Shown: positions 30,601-41,129, counted from the stretch's first letter. The stretch is DNA of 64,000 nt from Candidatus Sumerlaeaceae bacterium (GCA_051003195.1 JBPCLP010000016.1:37086-101085); one strand, 5' to 3'. Numbers and translations are program-made. The notes: generated by a model not told the origin, from the letters alone.

Positions 30601-30622
30601 GTGTTGACACGTTCTTCAACAC
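30601..30622. promoter_or_regulatory. Inverted repeat overlapping TTGACA between divergent operons
   Basis: GTGTTGA-N8-TCAACAC; TTGACA at 30604-30609. Confidence 0.45.
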
Positions 30623-30665
30623 AGACTGAATTTACGCGCTTCTGAAATTGGGCAGGGGGCAAGCT

Positions 30666-31976
30666 GTGAATCGTCGTCGTTTCTTAAAATGCGTAGGCAA
30701 GAACGCAGTTGCGGCTGCGGCAGCAGGTGCGGCGTGGGGCTTCCCCACTATAGTATCCGCGGCGGCGCTGGGCCGTGATGGTAAGCAAGCTCCAAGTAAC
30801 CGGATTGTCATCGGTGCGATCGGGCTTAACTGGATGGGGATGGCGAATCTGGAAGCTTTCCTCGCGAAGGAGGGTGTTCGGGTTGTGGCACTCTGCGACA
30901 TTGAAAAGAAGCACCTTCAGAATGCCCAAAACAAAGCGACGGAGCGCTATGGCGAGCCGTGTGAAACGCATCATGATTTCCGTGAGCTCATCGCGCGTCC
31001 GGACCTGGACGCGGTCACACTCGCGCTGCCTGATCACTGGCACGCCATCCCAGCTATCATGGCTGCCCGTGCCGGGCTCGATATTTACGGCGAGAAGCCG
31101 CTGTCGCACACACTGGAGGATGGCCGCGCCATGTGCGACGCGGTAAAGCGATACGGTCGCGTGTGGCAGACTGGCAGCTGGCAGCGTTCGGTCGGGAATT
31201 TTCACCGCGCGTGCGAGCTGGTGCGCAATGGCCGCCTGGGGAAGGTCACGCACGTCGAGGTGGGCCTCGGCCAGGGCTACAGCGACTTCGATGGCACCGG
31301 GAATGAAACCGCCCCGCGCCAGCCGCCTGATGGTTTCGACTATGAAATGTGGCTCGGCCCCGCCCCATGGACTCCCTATGCGCCTGCAAAGATTCACAAG
31401 AACTGGAGGTGGAACGCGGACTACGGCGGCGGACTCCTGACTGACTGGGTCGGGCATCACGTCGACATCGCTCACTGGGGCCTCGGGCTCGATGAAACCG
31501 GACCGGTCGAAGTTGAGGCAACCGGCGTTTCGCCGGTTGGCCTGTGGAACACGCCAACCGACTACGATGTTCACTGCAAGTATGCTAACGGTATAACCAT
31601 GCAGGTTAGCAGCGCGGTCAGGCACGGGACCAAGTGGATAGGTGAGGGCGGCAAGTGGATCTTTGTCGACCGCGGCAAGCTCGAAGCCAGTTCGCAAAAA
31701 ATCCTCGATGAGGTAATTGGGCCGGGTGAAATCCGGCTGACAAAGAGCAACGACCACTACGATAATTTCCTGGAGTGCGTGCGGTCGCGCAAGCAGACGA
31801 TTACACCCTGTGAAATTGCACATCGTTCCACAAGCGTCGCACATATTGGAATGGTTGGCATTAAGGTTGGACGTAAGCTGCGGTGGGATCCCGCCACCGA
31901 GCTGTTTGATAACGATCCCGAAGCGCAGCGCCTGCTCGGCAAAGTATACCGCAGCCCCTGGCGGTTGGAGGTATGA
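30666..31976 (+). CDS. Tat-exported Gfo/Idh/MocA oxidoreductase
   Basis: NRRRFLK Tat motif; PDHWHA, YGEKPL, QTGSWQRS, WLGPAP, DWVGHHVD. Confidence 0.92.
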   Translation: MNRRRFLKCVGKNAVAAAAAGAAWGFPTIVSAAALGRDGKQAPSNRIVIGAIGLNWMGMANLEAFLAKEGVRVVALCDIEKKHLQNAQNKATERYGEPCETHHDFRELIARPDLDAVTLALPDHWHAIPAIMAARAGLDIYGEKPLSHTLEDGRAMCDAVKRYGRVWQTGSWQRSVGNFHRACELVRNGRLGKVTHVEVGLGQGYSDFDGTGNETAPRQPPDGFDYEMWLGPAPWTPYAPAKIHKNWRWNADYGGGLLTDWVGHHVDIAHWGLGLDETGPVEVEATGVSPVGLWNTPTDYDVHCKYANGITMQVSSAVRHGTKWIGEGGKWIFVDRGKLEASSQKILDEVIGPGEIRLTKSNDHYDNFLECVRSRKQTITPCEIAHRSTSVAHIGMVGIKVGRKLRWDPATELFDNDPEAQRLLGKVYRSPWRLEV

Positions 31977-34900
31977 AGATCAAACGTATGCTTATTCGTG
32001 AAACGCCGTCAGTCGCGTCGGTACTGCTTCTCTACTGCACTCTCGTGTTGTCGCCGCAATCCGCAGCGGCACAATCTCTCGAGGAGATCGCGTTAATGGA
32101 AGCGGCGATGCCACTGAAGGCATCTGTGCAGCCGGCCCGCCCGCGGAATGTACTGGTCTTTAGCCTAGCTCTCGGTTTCCAGCACGCCTCCATTCCGCAT
32201 GGCGAAAAGGCTTTTGAAATCCTGGGAAAGAAAACGGGCGCATATACCGCCACTCTCAGTCGGGACCTGCGGTCGTTCGAACCGGAAAGCCTGGCGAAGT
32301 TTGACGCCGTGATCTTCAACAACACAACCGGCGAGCTGTTTACGACGCCAACTTTGCGGACCGGCCTTATCAATTTTGTCCGTGGCGGCAAAGGCGTGAT
32401 CGGCATCCACAGCGCTTCAGACGCCTGCTATGGCTGGCAGACGTATGGCGATATGATGGGCGGCTATTTTAACGGCCATCCATGGAATGCCGACAGCACT
32501 GTTACGCTAAAAATCGATGCGCCGAAGCATCCCGCAGCAGCTGCGTTTGCAGGCCGGCCTTTCACCGTGGTCGATGAAATCTACCAGTTCAAGGAACCGT
32601 ACAGCCGCATGGCCGTGCGTGTGCTGACGAGTCTTGACGTTACTAAAACAGACATGAACAAAAAAAGTCTGGCGCGCCCGGACAACGATTTCCCGGTCAG
32701 CTGGGTGCAGGACTTCGGCAAGGGGCGCGTGTTTTACTGTTCACTCGGCCACAACAAGGAGATCTTCTGGAATTCCACGGTTCTGCAGCACTACCTCGAC
32801 GGCATTCAGTACGCCGTGGGCGACCTCAAGGCCGATGGTTCTCCGAAGCCCCGGGAAGCGACTGCTGCCCTTCGTGATTCGCTGCCGCACGTCATTGGCT
32901 CACTTGCCGATTACGAGGTGGAGCAGAACCACCGCGGCGCCGGAATGGTGCAGATGTACATTCGCCAGACCGCCCGATTGCGCGAAGCTCGTCGCCATCT
33001 GGCGCACGAACTCAGTCAGTTCGCTGCTGCGACAGGTGAGAACACCAGTCATACTCTGGCCGGTCGGCAGTTCGCCTGTCGTTGCCTTTCTAATTTAGGA
33101 AACGACGCGGACGCAGCAGCGCTCGCGCCAATGCTGAACGATCAGGACGTTCGTGTCGCGGATATGGCGCGGCTTGTCCTCGAGCGGGTTCCCGGCAAGG
33201 CGCCGGGCAACGCACTGATCCCGGCGCTTCAGAAAAGCTCGGGGCCGGCGCAGATCGGGATTATCAACACGCTGGGCCAGCGCCGCGAAGGCAACGCCGT
33301 GGCACTGTTAGCGCAACGCATCGGCGACAGTAACCCTGCCGTCGCAGAAGCGGCTGCAACTGCGCTTGGCAATATCGGCACCCGCGCCGCCGCCGAAGTT
33401 CTGCTTTCTGCAATCAAGAAAAGTTCCGCCCCATTAAGAACCGCGATTGAACAAGCCGCAGTGCGCGCAGCCGAACGACTTGCCTCCAGCGGCGAGACCC
33501 AACGTGCGCAGGCAATTTATAACAAAATCCTGAAGTCCGATCCGCCTGGTCCTGCCCGGCTGGCAGCCTTCAACGGCCTCGCTTCATTGCCCGGAAACTC
33601 CGCGCGCGAACTCATCCTCGATACGGTGTCAGGAGCTGATCCCGGACTGCAAAGTGTCGCTATTGGCACCTTGCTCCGGCCTAAAGCTGCTGTCAGCACC
33701 GCGCAGATTCTCAACCGACTCGCCCGTACGTCGGACGAGTTGCGGCCAGTCTTTCTCGATGTTCTCGCGCAAAGAGGCGACAGCGCAGCGCTGCCGGCTG
33801 TCCTAAAGTTTACTGACCCGGGCACGACCGAGACTGTACGTGCAGCCGCGCTGCGCGCCCTCGCACAGCTCGGCGATCGCTCAGTCGTGCAGTTACTCGC
33901 AAACACAGCTGCCACGCAAACGGGGAGCCTGCGCGAAGCGGCGCGTGCAAGTCTGAGTACATTAAAGCCGACAGAAGTTGATGAGGAGATTGCCGCCCTT
34001 TTGCAGAGACATACAGATGCTGCAAAAGCAGAAGCGGATGCTGTGCACCTGGAACTAATTCGTGCTGCCGGCGACCGCCGAGTCGTGGCTGCTGCGCCGG
34101 CGCTGCTGGGGGCGGCAAAAGTATCTGACGACAAGTTGCGATCCGCCGCGCTCAAGGCCATCTCGGACATAGGGGATGCCACCCGCGCCCCGGACGTCGC
34201 AGCGTTGCTGTCGGAGATTAAGAGCGACCGCGTTCGCACCGAAGCCGAGCAGGCGCTGCTGGCGCTGGTGCGAAAGACATCCGACGACCAAAAGAATCAG
34301 GCGGACGTGATTCTCGGTCTTTTAAACAAGGCGGGCGATGCTCCGTCCAGCGCATCACTGCTGCGCGTAGCCGGCAACATTGCCGATGATCGGACATTGT
34401 CGCTGATCCGTCACGCGCAAAGCAGTGCATCGGAACAGGTCATTCGCGATGCAGCCACACGTGCCCTTATCGAATATCCGGATGCTGCGCCCATCGAAGA
34501 TGTTCTCCAGCTCGCACGCTCGGGGGATAACGAGATCTATCGGACACTCGCCTTGCGGGGTTTCGCTCGCATGCTTGGTGTCCCTGCGGATCGCGACACC
34601 AGCAAAACGATGCAGTACTGTGAAGAGGCATTAAAGCTCGCCTCCACGCCGGACGACAAGCGAATGGTGTTAGGTGCGCTTGCAGACGTTACGCAGCCCG
34701 GTGTCCTGCAACTGGTTATGCCGTACATCGAGGACCCGGAGTTGAAACACGAAGCGCAGGTGTCCGCGCTGAAACTCGCAGAGAATAGCTGGGCGTTCCT
34801 GCCCGACGAGGCCACTTCGGCAGCGCAGCTCGTAATCGACACCACGGACAGCGATGCACGCCGCAAAGATGCCCGGAAGGTCGTTCGAGACATTCGCCTC

Positions 34901-35422
34901 ACGTCCGATACCATCACCGGCTGGCAGGTTGCCGGTCCATTTCTGGATGAAGACACTACCAGCCTTCTGGACATCATGGAGCACGCCTTCGCGCCAGAGA
35001 CTCAGGCCGAGGGTACAAGCTGGAAACCCATCGCCGTCTCGAATTTAATAGACGAACGTGAGGCCGTCGACCTGCTGAAAGCGCTTGGCGGAAATGATCG
35101 CGCAGCGTATCTTAGGGTCAAAATCTGGTCGCCCGCCGGGCAGCATGCACGCCTGGAAATCGGTAGCGACGACGCAGTCCGCGCCTGGCTGAATGGCAAA
35201 ATCGTGCATGCGACAACAGAGCCACGTGGCTATCACCGGGCTTCGGACAAAGTAGATGTCGCACTCAACGAGGGATGGAATTATCTCATGTTGAAAATCG
35301 GCCAGACCAGTGGCGACTGGAAGGCATCGGCACGCGTGGTCAGCCCCAGTGGTGGACCCATTCCTGAATTGAAATACAACGCGCTGGACAGCAGCGGTAC
35401 ATACGTAAATGACGCATCCTGA
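31973..35422 (+). CDS. Secreted ThuA-like domain + HEAT repeats + C-terminal beta-sandwich domain
   Basis: GFQHASI, GIHSASD, FNGHP, DEIY, GRVFYCSLGH (ThuA); AAATALG/RAAALRAL repeats; GSDDAVRAWLNG C-terminal domain. Confidence 0.85.
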   Translation: MKIKRMLIRETPSVASVLLLYCTLVLSPQSAAAQSLEEIALMEAAMPLKASVQPARPRNVLVFSLALGFQHASIPHGEKAFEILGKKTGAYTATLSRDLRSFEPESLAKFDAVIFNNTTGELFTTPTLRTGLINFVRGGKGVIGIHSASDACYGWQTYGDMMGGYFNGHPWNADSTVTLKIDAPKHPAAAAFAGRPFTVVDEIYQFKEPYSRMAVRVLTSLDVTKTDMNKKSLARPDNDFPVSWVQDFGKGRVFYCSLGHNKEIFWNSTVLQHYLDGIQYAVGDLKADGSPKPREATAALRDSLPHVIGSLADYEVEQNHRGAGMVQMYIRQTARLREARRHLAHELSQFAAATGENTSHTLAGRQFACRCLSNLGNDADAAALAPMLNDQDVRVADMARLVLERVPGKAPGNALIPALQKSSGPAQIGIINTLGQRREGNAVALLAQRIGDSNPAVAEAAATALGNIGTRAAAEVLLSAIKKSSAPLRTAIEQAAVRAAERLASSGETQRAQAIYNKILKSDPPGPARLAAFNGLASLPGNSARELILDTVSGADPGLQSVAIGTLLRPKAAVSTAQILNRLARTSDELRPVFLDVLAQRGDSAALPAVLKFTDPGTTETVRAAALRALAQLGDRSVVQLLANTAATQTGSLREAARASLSTLKPTEVDEEIAALLQRHTDAAKAEADAVHLELIRAAGDRRVVAAAPALLGAAKVSDDKLRSAALKAISDIGDATRAPDVAALLSEIKSDRVRTEAEQALLALVRKTSDDQKNQADVILGLLNKAGDAPSSASLLRVAGNIADDRTLSLIRHAQSSASEQVIRDAATRALIEYPDAAPIEDVLQLARSGDNEIYRTLALRGFARMLGVPADRDTSKTMQYCEEALKLASTPDDKRMVLGALADVTQPGVLQLVMPYIEDPELKHEAQVSALKLAENSWAFLPDEATSAAQLVIDTTDSDARRKDARKVVRDIRLTSDTITGWQVAGPFLDEDTTSLLDIMEHAFAPETQAEGTSWKPIAVSNLIDEREAVDLLKALGGNDRAAYLRVKIWSPAGQHARLEIGSDDAVRAWLNGKIVHATTEPRGYHRASDKVDVALNEGWNYLMLKIGQTSGDWKASARVVSPSGGPIPELKYNALDSSGTYVNDAS

Positions 35423-36830
35423 ACAAACCGAAACAGAAGGAGCATCTTTAGTGTCCACGAAGAACATTTTGCGCGGGCCGCAGTTCATGACGCGGCGCGA
35501 ATTCCTACTGGCGACGGCGGCAACCAGTGCCGGGCTTGCGCTGGCGGCGGGTGCAGGTGAAGAGACTACGCCGACCGCAACGGATGAAACGGAAGCAGAG
35601 CCGGAATTTAAGGGCCAGCCCCTGAACATCGCGCTTATCGGAGCAGGCCTGCAGGGCCGGGTACTCCTTGAGTCATGCCTTCACATCCCAGGCATCCACA
35701 TCAAGGCGGTGTGCGATGTCTGGGAATACAGTAGCCGCTACGCCTCGCGCATGCTGAAAAAGTACAATCACATCGTTAACGTTTACGAAGACTACCAGGA
35801 GATGCTCGCGAAGGAGAAGGAGCTGAACGCGGTGGTCATTGCGTCGCCCGACTTCATGCATGCTCCCCACACAAATGCATGCCTGAAGGCGGGGTTGCAC
35901 GTCTATTGCGAAAAGGAAATGTCCAACACCCTTGCCGGAGCGCAAAGCATGGTTAATACCGCGCGCGAGACGAAAAAGCTTCTCCAGATAGGTCATCAAC
36001 GCCGCAGCAATCCGCGGTATCTCCACGCCGTGAAGCTCATGCGGGAGAAGCGCCTGCTTGGCCGGCTTAACCACGCGAACGCGCAATGGAACCGCGCTAA
36101 GTCCGACGATTTTGGCTGGCCGGATGGATCCGAAATCTCGAAGGAAAAGCTGGAGAAGTATGGCTACGCATCCATGAACGAGTTTCGTAACTGGCGATGG
36201 TACAAGAAGTATGGCGGCGGCCCCATCGTCGATCTCGGCTCGCACCAGATTGACGTGTTCAACTGGGTTTTTGGCGGCGGACCAACCTCCGTGCTCGCCG
36301 GCGGCGGATGCGATTATTACAAGGGGCACGAGTGGTACGACAATGTCATGGCGATCTTTGAATACCCGTCCAAGGCAGGCACCGCGCGTGCCTTTTACCA
36401 GGTTCTCACCACCACGTCGCAGGGACAGTTCTTTGAGACCTTCATGGGCGACGAGGGCGCCCTCGTGCTATCCGAAGTCATGGAGAGTGGCAACAGCGCA
36501 TGGCCCGAAGCACACGCGCCGTCATGGGTCGACTACGCGGCGGAAGGCCTGCTGATCGAAGGATCTCCCGCGCCTGCTTCCGATGCCGGCGAGGTCGCTG
36601 TCGACGCGCGAGCTACACAGGCGGTCGGCAGTTGGATCCTCCCTGTCTATCTGGCCAAGCCCGTGCACCAGCCGCACCTCGAGAACTTCTTCGACGCCAT
36701 CCGCAACGGCACTCCCCTGAACTGTCCAGCCGAAGTTGGTTATGAGTGCGCTGTGACCGTGCTAAAAGTGAACGAGGCAGTGGAGGCAGCACGAAAGCTG
36801 GAGTACAAACCTGAGGAATTTCAAGTGTGA
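35409..36830 (+). CDS. Tat-exported Gfo/Idh/MocA oxidoreductase (start uncertain; 35487 possible)
   Basis: TRREFL; IGAGLQG, PDFMHA, YCEKEM, QIGHQRRS, DLGSHQID. Confidence 0.92.
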   Translation: MTHPEQTETEGASLVSTKNILRGPQFMTRREFLLATAATSAGLALAAGAGEETTPTATDETEAEPEFKGQPLNIALIGAGLQGRVLLESCLHIPGIHIKAVCDVWEYSSRYASRMLKKYNHIVNVYEDYQEMLAKEKELNAVVIASPDFMHAPHTNACLKAGLHVYCEKEMSNTLAGAQSMVNTARETKKLLQIGHQRRSNPRYLHAVKLMREKRLLGRLNHANAQWNRAKSDDFGWPDGSEISKEKLEKYGYASMNEFRNWRWYKKYGGGPIVDLGSHQIDVFNWVFGGGPTSVLAGGGCDYYKGHEWYDNVMAIFEYPSKAGTARAFYQVLTTTSQGQFFETFMGDEGALVLSEVMESGNSAWPEAHAPSWVDYAAEGLLIEGSPAPASDAGEVAVDARATQAVGSWILPVYLAKPVHQPHLENFFDAIRNGTPLNCPAEVGYECAVTVLKVNEAVEAARKLEYKPEEFQV

Positions 36831-36921
36831 CGAATCAGTAGATCCTTAGCAGACCAAAGGGCAGACTTGACCTCGATTCGGCACACAGAACAGATTGCGA
36901 ACTAACGGTAGACCACACCAG
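36822..36921 (+). mobile_element. MITE-like repeat copy
   Basis: CAAG-TGTGACGAATC-38nt-GATTCGGCACAC-31nt-CCAG. The C>A variant in the left arm forms the upstream gene's TGA. Confidence 0.9.
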
Positions 36922-36970
36922 TGTAATGTTGCGGTCGCTCTACGAGCACCTGTTTGTAGCGGGAGAAAAA

Positions 36971-38572
36971 ATGGATGTAAGCAGACTGCGTTTATTAATT
37001 ACGCTGGCGCTGGGTGTGGTTGCGGGCTCTTTTAATTCGAGCGCCTCTGCCGCAGCCGACGGCAAGCCCCTGTTTAATGGTACAGACATCGAAGGTTGGG
37101 TGCAACGCGGGGGACAGGCTACGTATGCTGTCGAGGACGGCGCAATTGTGGGCTGCTCCGTCATTGATAAGCACAACACCTTCCTCTGCACGAAAGAGGA
37201 ATACGATAACTTCGTGCTGGAGTTCGATTGCAAAGTAGATGGTCAGCTGAACTCCGGCGTTCAGTTTCGCAGCCAGAGTCGGAATAATGGACAGATCGAT
37301 CGTGTCTACGGCTACCAGCTCGAAATCGATCCTTCCGCTCGCTCATGGAGTGGCGGCATTTATGACGAGGGGCGTCGTGCAAAATACCTGAAGGACCTGA
37401 AGGAAAACGAAGCTGCGCGCAAAGCATTTAAGCCCGACGACTGGAACCACTTCCGCCTGGAAGCCGTCGGTGACACTTTCCGAACGTGGGTCAACGATGT
37501 TCCTGCCGCCGCGGTCGTGGACGCCACTACAACCAGCGGCTTCTTTGGCCTGCAGGTGCACGCCACCATGTCTACCACGCCGCTCAAAGTACGCTGGCGC
37601 AACCTCACGATACAGCAACTGGAGCAGCCCGCACCCGAATCTGCGATGCTCATTTCCGGCGACTGGAAGGGTTTCACCAGCGGTGGCGACCCCGTGTATG
37701 CCCAGGTCAATATTCTCGGGGGCAACAAATACACGGCAAACCTCGTCAGATCCCTCTACGTAAAAGAGCCGCCGCTCAAAGCACTACAGGGCGAATCCCC
37801 AGGCAAACCCCAGGTGGTCTTCACCGCCGACGATTTCCGCGCCGTCATGCAGGGCAACGAGTCCTTTAATAGCGATACCAATCCCGCTTTTGAAATGAAG
37901 AAGATTGTTCGCATTCCGCCAAGTCTCGGCGCGCCGGCACCTGCAGGCGCGGTGGTGTTGTTTGACGGCAGCAATCTGGATCAGTGGCAGAAGGCGAACG
38001 GCGAGCCCGCGCACTGGAAGCTCACGGAAGATAAAGCGATGGAAGTGGTGAAAGGCAGCTCGCTACAGACAAAACGCACATTCGGCGATCACCAGGTCCA
38101 CGTGGAGTTCCGCACACCTTTTATGCCCGATAAAGAGGGACAGCATCGCGCTAACAGCGGCGTGTATCTGCAGGGCAGTTACGAAATCCAGGTGCTCGAC
38201 AGTTACGGACTTGAAGGCAAAGATAACGAGTGCGGCGGAATCTATAAGGTTGGGCCCCCACGTATCAATATGTGCATGCCGCCCATGGAATGGCAGACGT
38301 TTGACATCACGTTCCGTGCAGCCCGTTTTGGCGCAGACGATACCAAGACGAGCAACGCACAGCTCACCGTCCTGCACAATGGCGTCTGCATCCATAATGC
38401 CGCTGAATCCGCAAACGCAACGCCGGGTGGCCTGAACAAGGAAGACCCACGAGTACCAATGCCGCTCATGCTGCAGGACCATGGGAATCCGGTACAGTTC
38501 CGAAACATCTGGGCGCTTGACCTCGACACCAGCGCCACGCAGGCCGCAACGGTTGGTGAACTTAAGATATAG
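36971..38572 (+). CDS. Secreted tandem DUF1080 (3-keto-disaccharide hydrolase-like) protein
   Basis: Two domains: LFNG..NSGVQFR..WN..GLQVH..WRNL and LFDG..NSGVYLQ..EIQVLD..LQDHG..FRNIW; GGAG RBS. Confidence 0.9.
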   Translation: MDVSRLRLLITLALGVVAGSFNSSASAAADGKPLFNGTDIEGWVQRGGQATYAVEDGAIVGCSVIDKHNTFLCTKEEYDNFVLEFDCKVDGQLNSGVQFRSQSRNNGQIDRVYGYQLEIDPSARSWSGGIYDEGRRAKYLKDLKENEAARKAFKPDDWNHFRLEAVGDTFRTWVNDVPAAAVVDATTTSGFFGLQVHATMSTTPLKVRWRNLTIQQLEQPAPESAMLISGDWKGFTSGGDPVYAQVNILGGNKYTANLVRSLYVKEPPLKALQGESPGKPQVVFTADDFRAVMQGNESFNSDTNPAFEMKKIVRIPPSLGAPAPAGAVVLFDGSNLDQWQKANGEPAHWKLTEDKAMEVVKGSSLQTKRTFGDHQVHVEFRTPFMPDKEGQHRANSGVYLQGSYEIQVLDSYGLEGKDNECGGIYKVGPPRINMCMPPMEWQTFDITFRAARFGADDTKTSNAQLTVLHNGVCIHNAAESANATPGGLNKEDPRVPMPLMLQDHGNPVQFRNIWALDLDTSATQAATVGELKI

Positions 38573-38612
38573 GCATTCATGTTTTAAAACTCATTCTAAA
38601 GGAGCTTTTATA

Positions 38613-39317
38613 GTGCGAGGGTTTCATATAGTTATCACGAGTGTTATTGTCGGGACCGCATCTATCGTAACCGCCCAGACTACCGAAACTGCTACGCAAG
38701 TGCCCGCCGCTGCTGCGTCTGGCAGTCTGAAACCACTGGAAATCAAACTTCCCAAGCCGGTGTTTGTCGGTACGCCCAAAAACATAAAAGTGGAAAACCT
38801 GGAAGTAGGCGGAAAGAGTCGCGATGCTTTTCTCGCTCCTGCCGATGCCGTGAACCTCGCGCTGAAGAAAGAGGTTACCTCCAGCGACAACGAACCTGTC
38901 ATCGGAGAGCTGGAACAGATCACTGACGGCAACAAGGAAGCCGCCGATGGAAACTATGTAGAGCTTGGCCCCGGCCGCCAGTGGGTGCAGATTGACCTCG
39001 GCCAGGTTTGCGAAATCTCCGCAGTTGTCATCTGGCATTTCCATCAGCAGGCGAGGGTCTACCATGATGTGGTTGTGCAGTCCGCCGACGATCCTGACTT
39101 TATAAAAAACGTGCAGACGATCTTTAATAACGACCACGATAACACTGCGCAACTGGGCATCGGTAAAGATAAGGCCTACGTTGAAACAAACGAGGGCAGG
39201 CTGATCGACGCGAAGGGCGTGAAGGGGCGTTACATTCGGCTCGTCAGCAAAGGCAACACCAGCAACGAGATGAACCACTACATCGAGGTGGAAGTTTACG
39301 GCAGGGCCGCCAAATAA
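38613..39317 (+). CDS. Secreted discoidin/F5-8 type C-like domain protein
   Basis: AAGGAG RBS + GTG; signal peptide; NLAL..VTSS..ITDG..WVQIDLG..RYIRL..EVEVYG. Confidence 0.8.
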   Translation: MRGFHIVITSVIVGTASIVTAQTTETATQVPAAAASGSLKPLEIKLPKPVFVGTPKNIKVENLEVGGKSRDAFLAPADAVNLALKKEVTSSDNEPVIGELEQITDGNKEAADGNYVELGPGRQWVQIDLGQVCEISAVVIWHFHQQARVYHDVVVQSADDPDFIKNVQTIFNNDHDNTAQLGIGKDKAYVETNEGRLIDAKGVKGRYIRLVSKGNTSNEMNHYIEVEVYGRAAK

Positions 39318-39324
39318 CATCGAT

Positions 39325-41031
39325 GTGCTGAACCAGAAGTACTTTCCCGGGGAGCACGGAAACTCTGCGCCCGTACAGCACACATCTGCCAATGAACTAA
39401 ATGGTTCTGGAACAGCCGTGGCGCGTTTAATGCACGCACACCGACACGCCTTCATTATTTTGTTAGTCGCACTCGGCGGATTCGCCTTCCGGCTGCCACA
39501 ACTCGAACTGCGCCCGCTTCACACCGACGAGGCCGTACATGCGGTAAAGCTGGGTGAGCTGCTGGAGCACGGCGTCTATACTTACAATCCGCTGGAGTTT
39601 CACGGGCCAACACTGGTTTACTTCACCTGGCCGCTCGCACGTGCGGCACGGGTGCAGAACCTCGCCCAGTTTGGCGGCCAGAGCCTGCTGCTCGTTGTGC
39701 CGGTGATTTTTGGAGCACTGCTTATTGCGGCACTGCTGCTGATGCAGGACGGCCTTGGATGGCGCGCATGCACGATCGCGGCGGTACTCACAGCCATCTC
39801 GCCGGCGATGGTGTACTACAGCCGCTATTATATCCAGGAAATGCTGCTGGCCTTTTTTGCCTTTTCTGCTATAGGGTTCGGCTGGCGGTACGTCCAGGCG
39901 ACACGCACCGGTGCGCCCACCCGGACACGCGCAGTTTACGCATTAGCTGTCGGGGCGTTTGCCGGACTGATGCTCGCCACAAAGGAGACGTCACTTGTAC
40001 TGCTGACGGCAATGCTTGCGTCGGCGGCTCTGACGCGACTGCGGGACAGGACTTATCCGCATGAAAAAATGGATGCTCGCTTTGCCGCGGGGCATCTGCT
40101 GGCCGCCGCATTCGTGGGTCTATTGATTGGCGGTTTGTGCATCAGTAATTTTCTGCGCAATCCCGCTGCTCTGCTGGAGTATATTCGCGGCATGGCGAAC
40201 TACGCCTCGCGTGCGGCAACCGGCGATAGCAACACCCACGGCGTGCAAGCTCATCTGCAGCCCTGGTATTTTTATCTGCAACGGCTGGGCTGGTTTCGCG
40301 AACATCCGGCATTCCTCTGGAGTGAGGGAATCATCCTGCTTCTGGGACTGGTTGGTGCCGGAACGGCGCTGCTGCGCCGCAGATCCAGCACACCACTGGT
40401 CACCTTCCTGGCCTTCTACACGCTTCTGCTGACCATCATCTTCTCCGCGCTTCCGTACAAAACGCCGTGGAACGCCGTGCCGTTTCTGCACGGCTGGATC
40501 CTGCTGGCCGGTATCGGCACGATACAGCTGGTCGATGCCTTGCCAAACCGCTCGCTGCGCCAGGCTGCCGGCGGACTCTTTGCACTCGGCTGTGCACACC
40601 TGGCCTGGCAATCCTATCGCGCCAATTTTGTATTCCCGGCAGACACTCGCAATCCTTACGTCTATGCAGGCACGTCGTCCGATCTGCTGAATCTCGCGCG
40701 GCAAATGGAAAATGTCGCTGCCGTCTCCGGCGATCGACACGCCTTGCGCATTGATGTGATCGCACCCGGTTCCGATTACTGGCCTCTCCCGTGGTACCTC
40801 CGACGCTTCCCTAACACCGGCTACTTTGACAGTATTCCGTCGACGCTGGACGCGAGCGTTGTCATCTGCTCGGCAAATCTGGACGAGGAGGTAACGGCGA
40901 AGTTGGGCGGCAACTATGGCTCCTCGTACTTCGGGCTGCGTCCCGGCGTCCTGCTGAGCGTCCATGTACAGGAGGATCTATGGAACGCGCTGCTGCGCCA
41001 GCGCCAGAACGCAACTTTGGTAGCACACTAG
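39325..41031 (+). CDS. TIGR03663/Agl23-like GT-C membrane glycosyltransferase (start uncertain; 39430 possible)
   Basis: RPLHTDEAVHA, YNP..HGPTL, SPAMVYYSRY..E, ATKE, YKTPW, WPLPWYLR. Confidence 0.8.
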   Translation: MLNQKYFPGEHGNSAPVQHTSANELNGSGTAVARLMHAHRHAFIILLVALGGFAFRLPQLELRPLHTDEAVHAVKLGELLEHGVYTYNPLEFHGPTLVYFTWPLARAARVQNLAQFGGQSLLLVVPVIFGALLIAALLLMQDGLGWRACTIAAVLTAISPAMVYYSRYYIQEMLLAFFAFSAIGFGWRYVQATRTGAPTRTRAVYALAVGAFAGLMLATKETSLVLLTAMLASAALTRLRDRTYPHEKMDARFAAGHLLAAAFVGLLIGGLCISNFLRNPAALLEYIRGMANYASRAATGDSNTHGVQAHLQPWYFYLQRLGWFREHPAFLWSEGIILLLGLVGAGTALLRRRSSTPLVTFLAFYTLLLTIIFSALPYKTPWNAVPFLHGWILLAGIGTIQLVDALPNRSLRQAAGGLFALGCAHLAWQSYRANFVFPADTRNPYVYAGTSSDLLNLARQMENVAAVSGDRHALRIDVIAPGSDYWPLPWYLRRFPNTGYFDSIPSTLDASVVICSANLDEEVTAKLGGNYGSSYFGLRPGVLLSVHVQEDLWNALLRQRQNATLVAH

Positions 41032-41127
41032 TGTGCCGAATCAGTGGCTCCTTACAAGACCAAAGGACAGGTTTGACCTCGATTCGGCACACAGAACTGA
41101 TTGCGAATTAACGGTAGACCGGACTAG
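41028..41127 (+). mobile_element. MITE-like repeat copy with intact CTAG at both ends
   Basis: CTAG-TGTGCCGAATC-38nt-GATTCGGCACAC-31nt-CTAG. The left TAG is the upstream stop; the next ATG is 3 nt after the right end. Confidence 0.92.
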
Positions 41128-41129
41128 CC

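Noticed and set aside
30684..31844. Long antisense ORFs (also 1012..1944, 38577..39455, 55168..56070)
   Set aside because: These are shadow ORFs opposite well-supported genes in GC-rich DNA, with no recognisable motifs.
33620..33640. DTVSGAD in the ThuA-HEAT protein as an ApbE flavinylation motif
   Set aside because: The acceptor position is Asp rather than Ser/Thr, and the motif lies within HEAT repeats.
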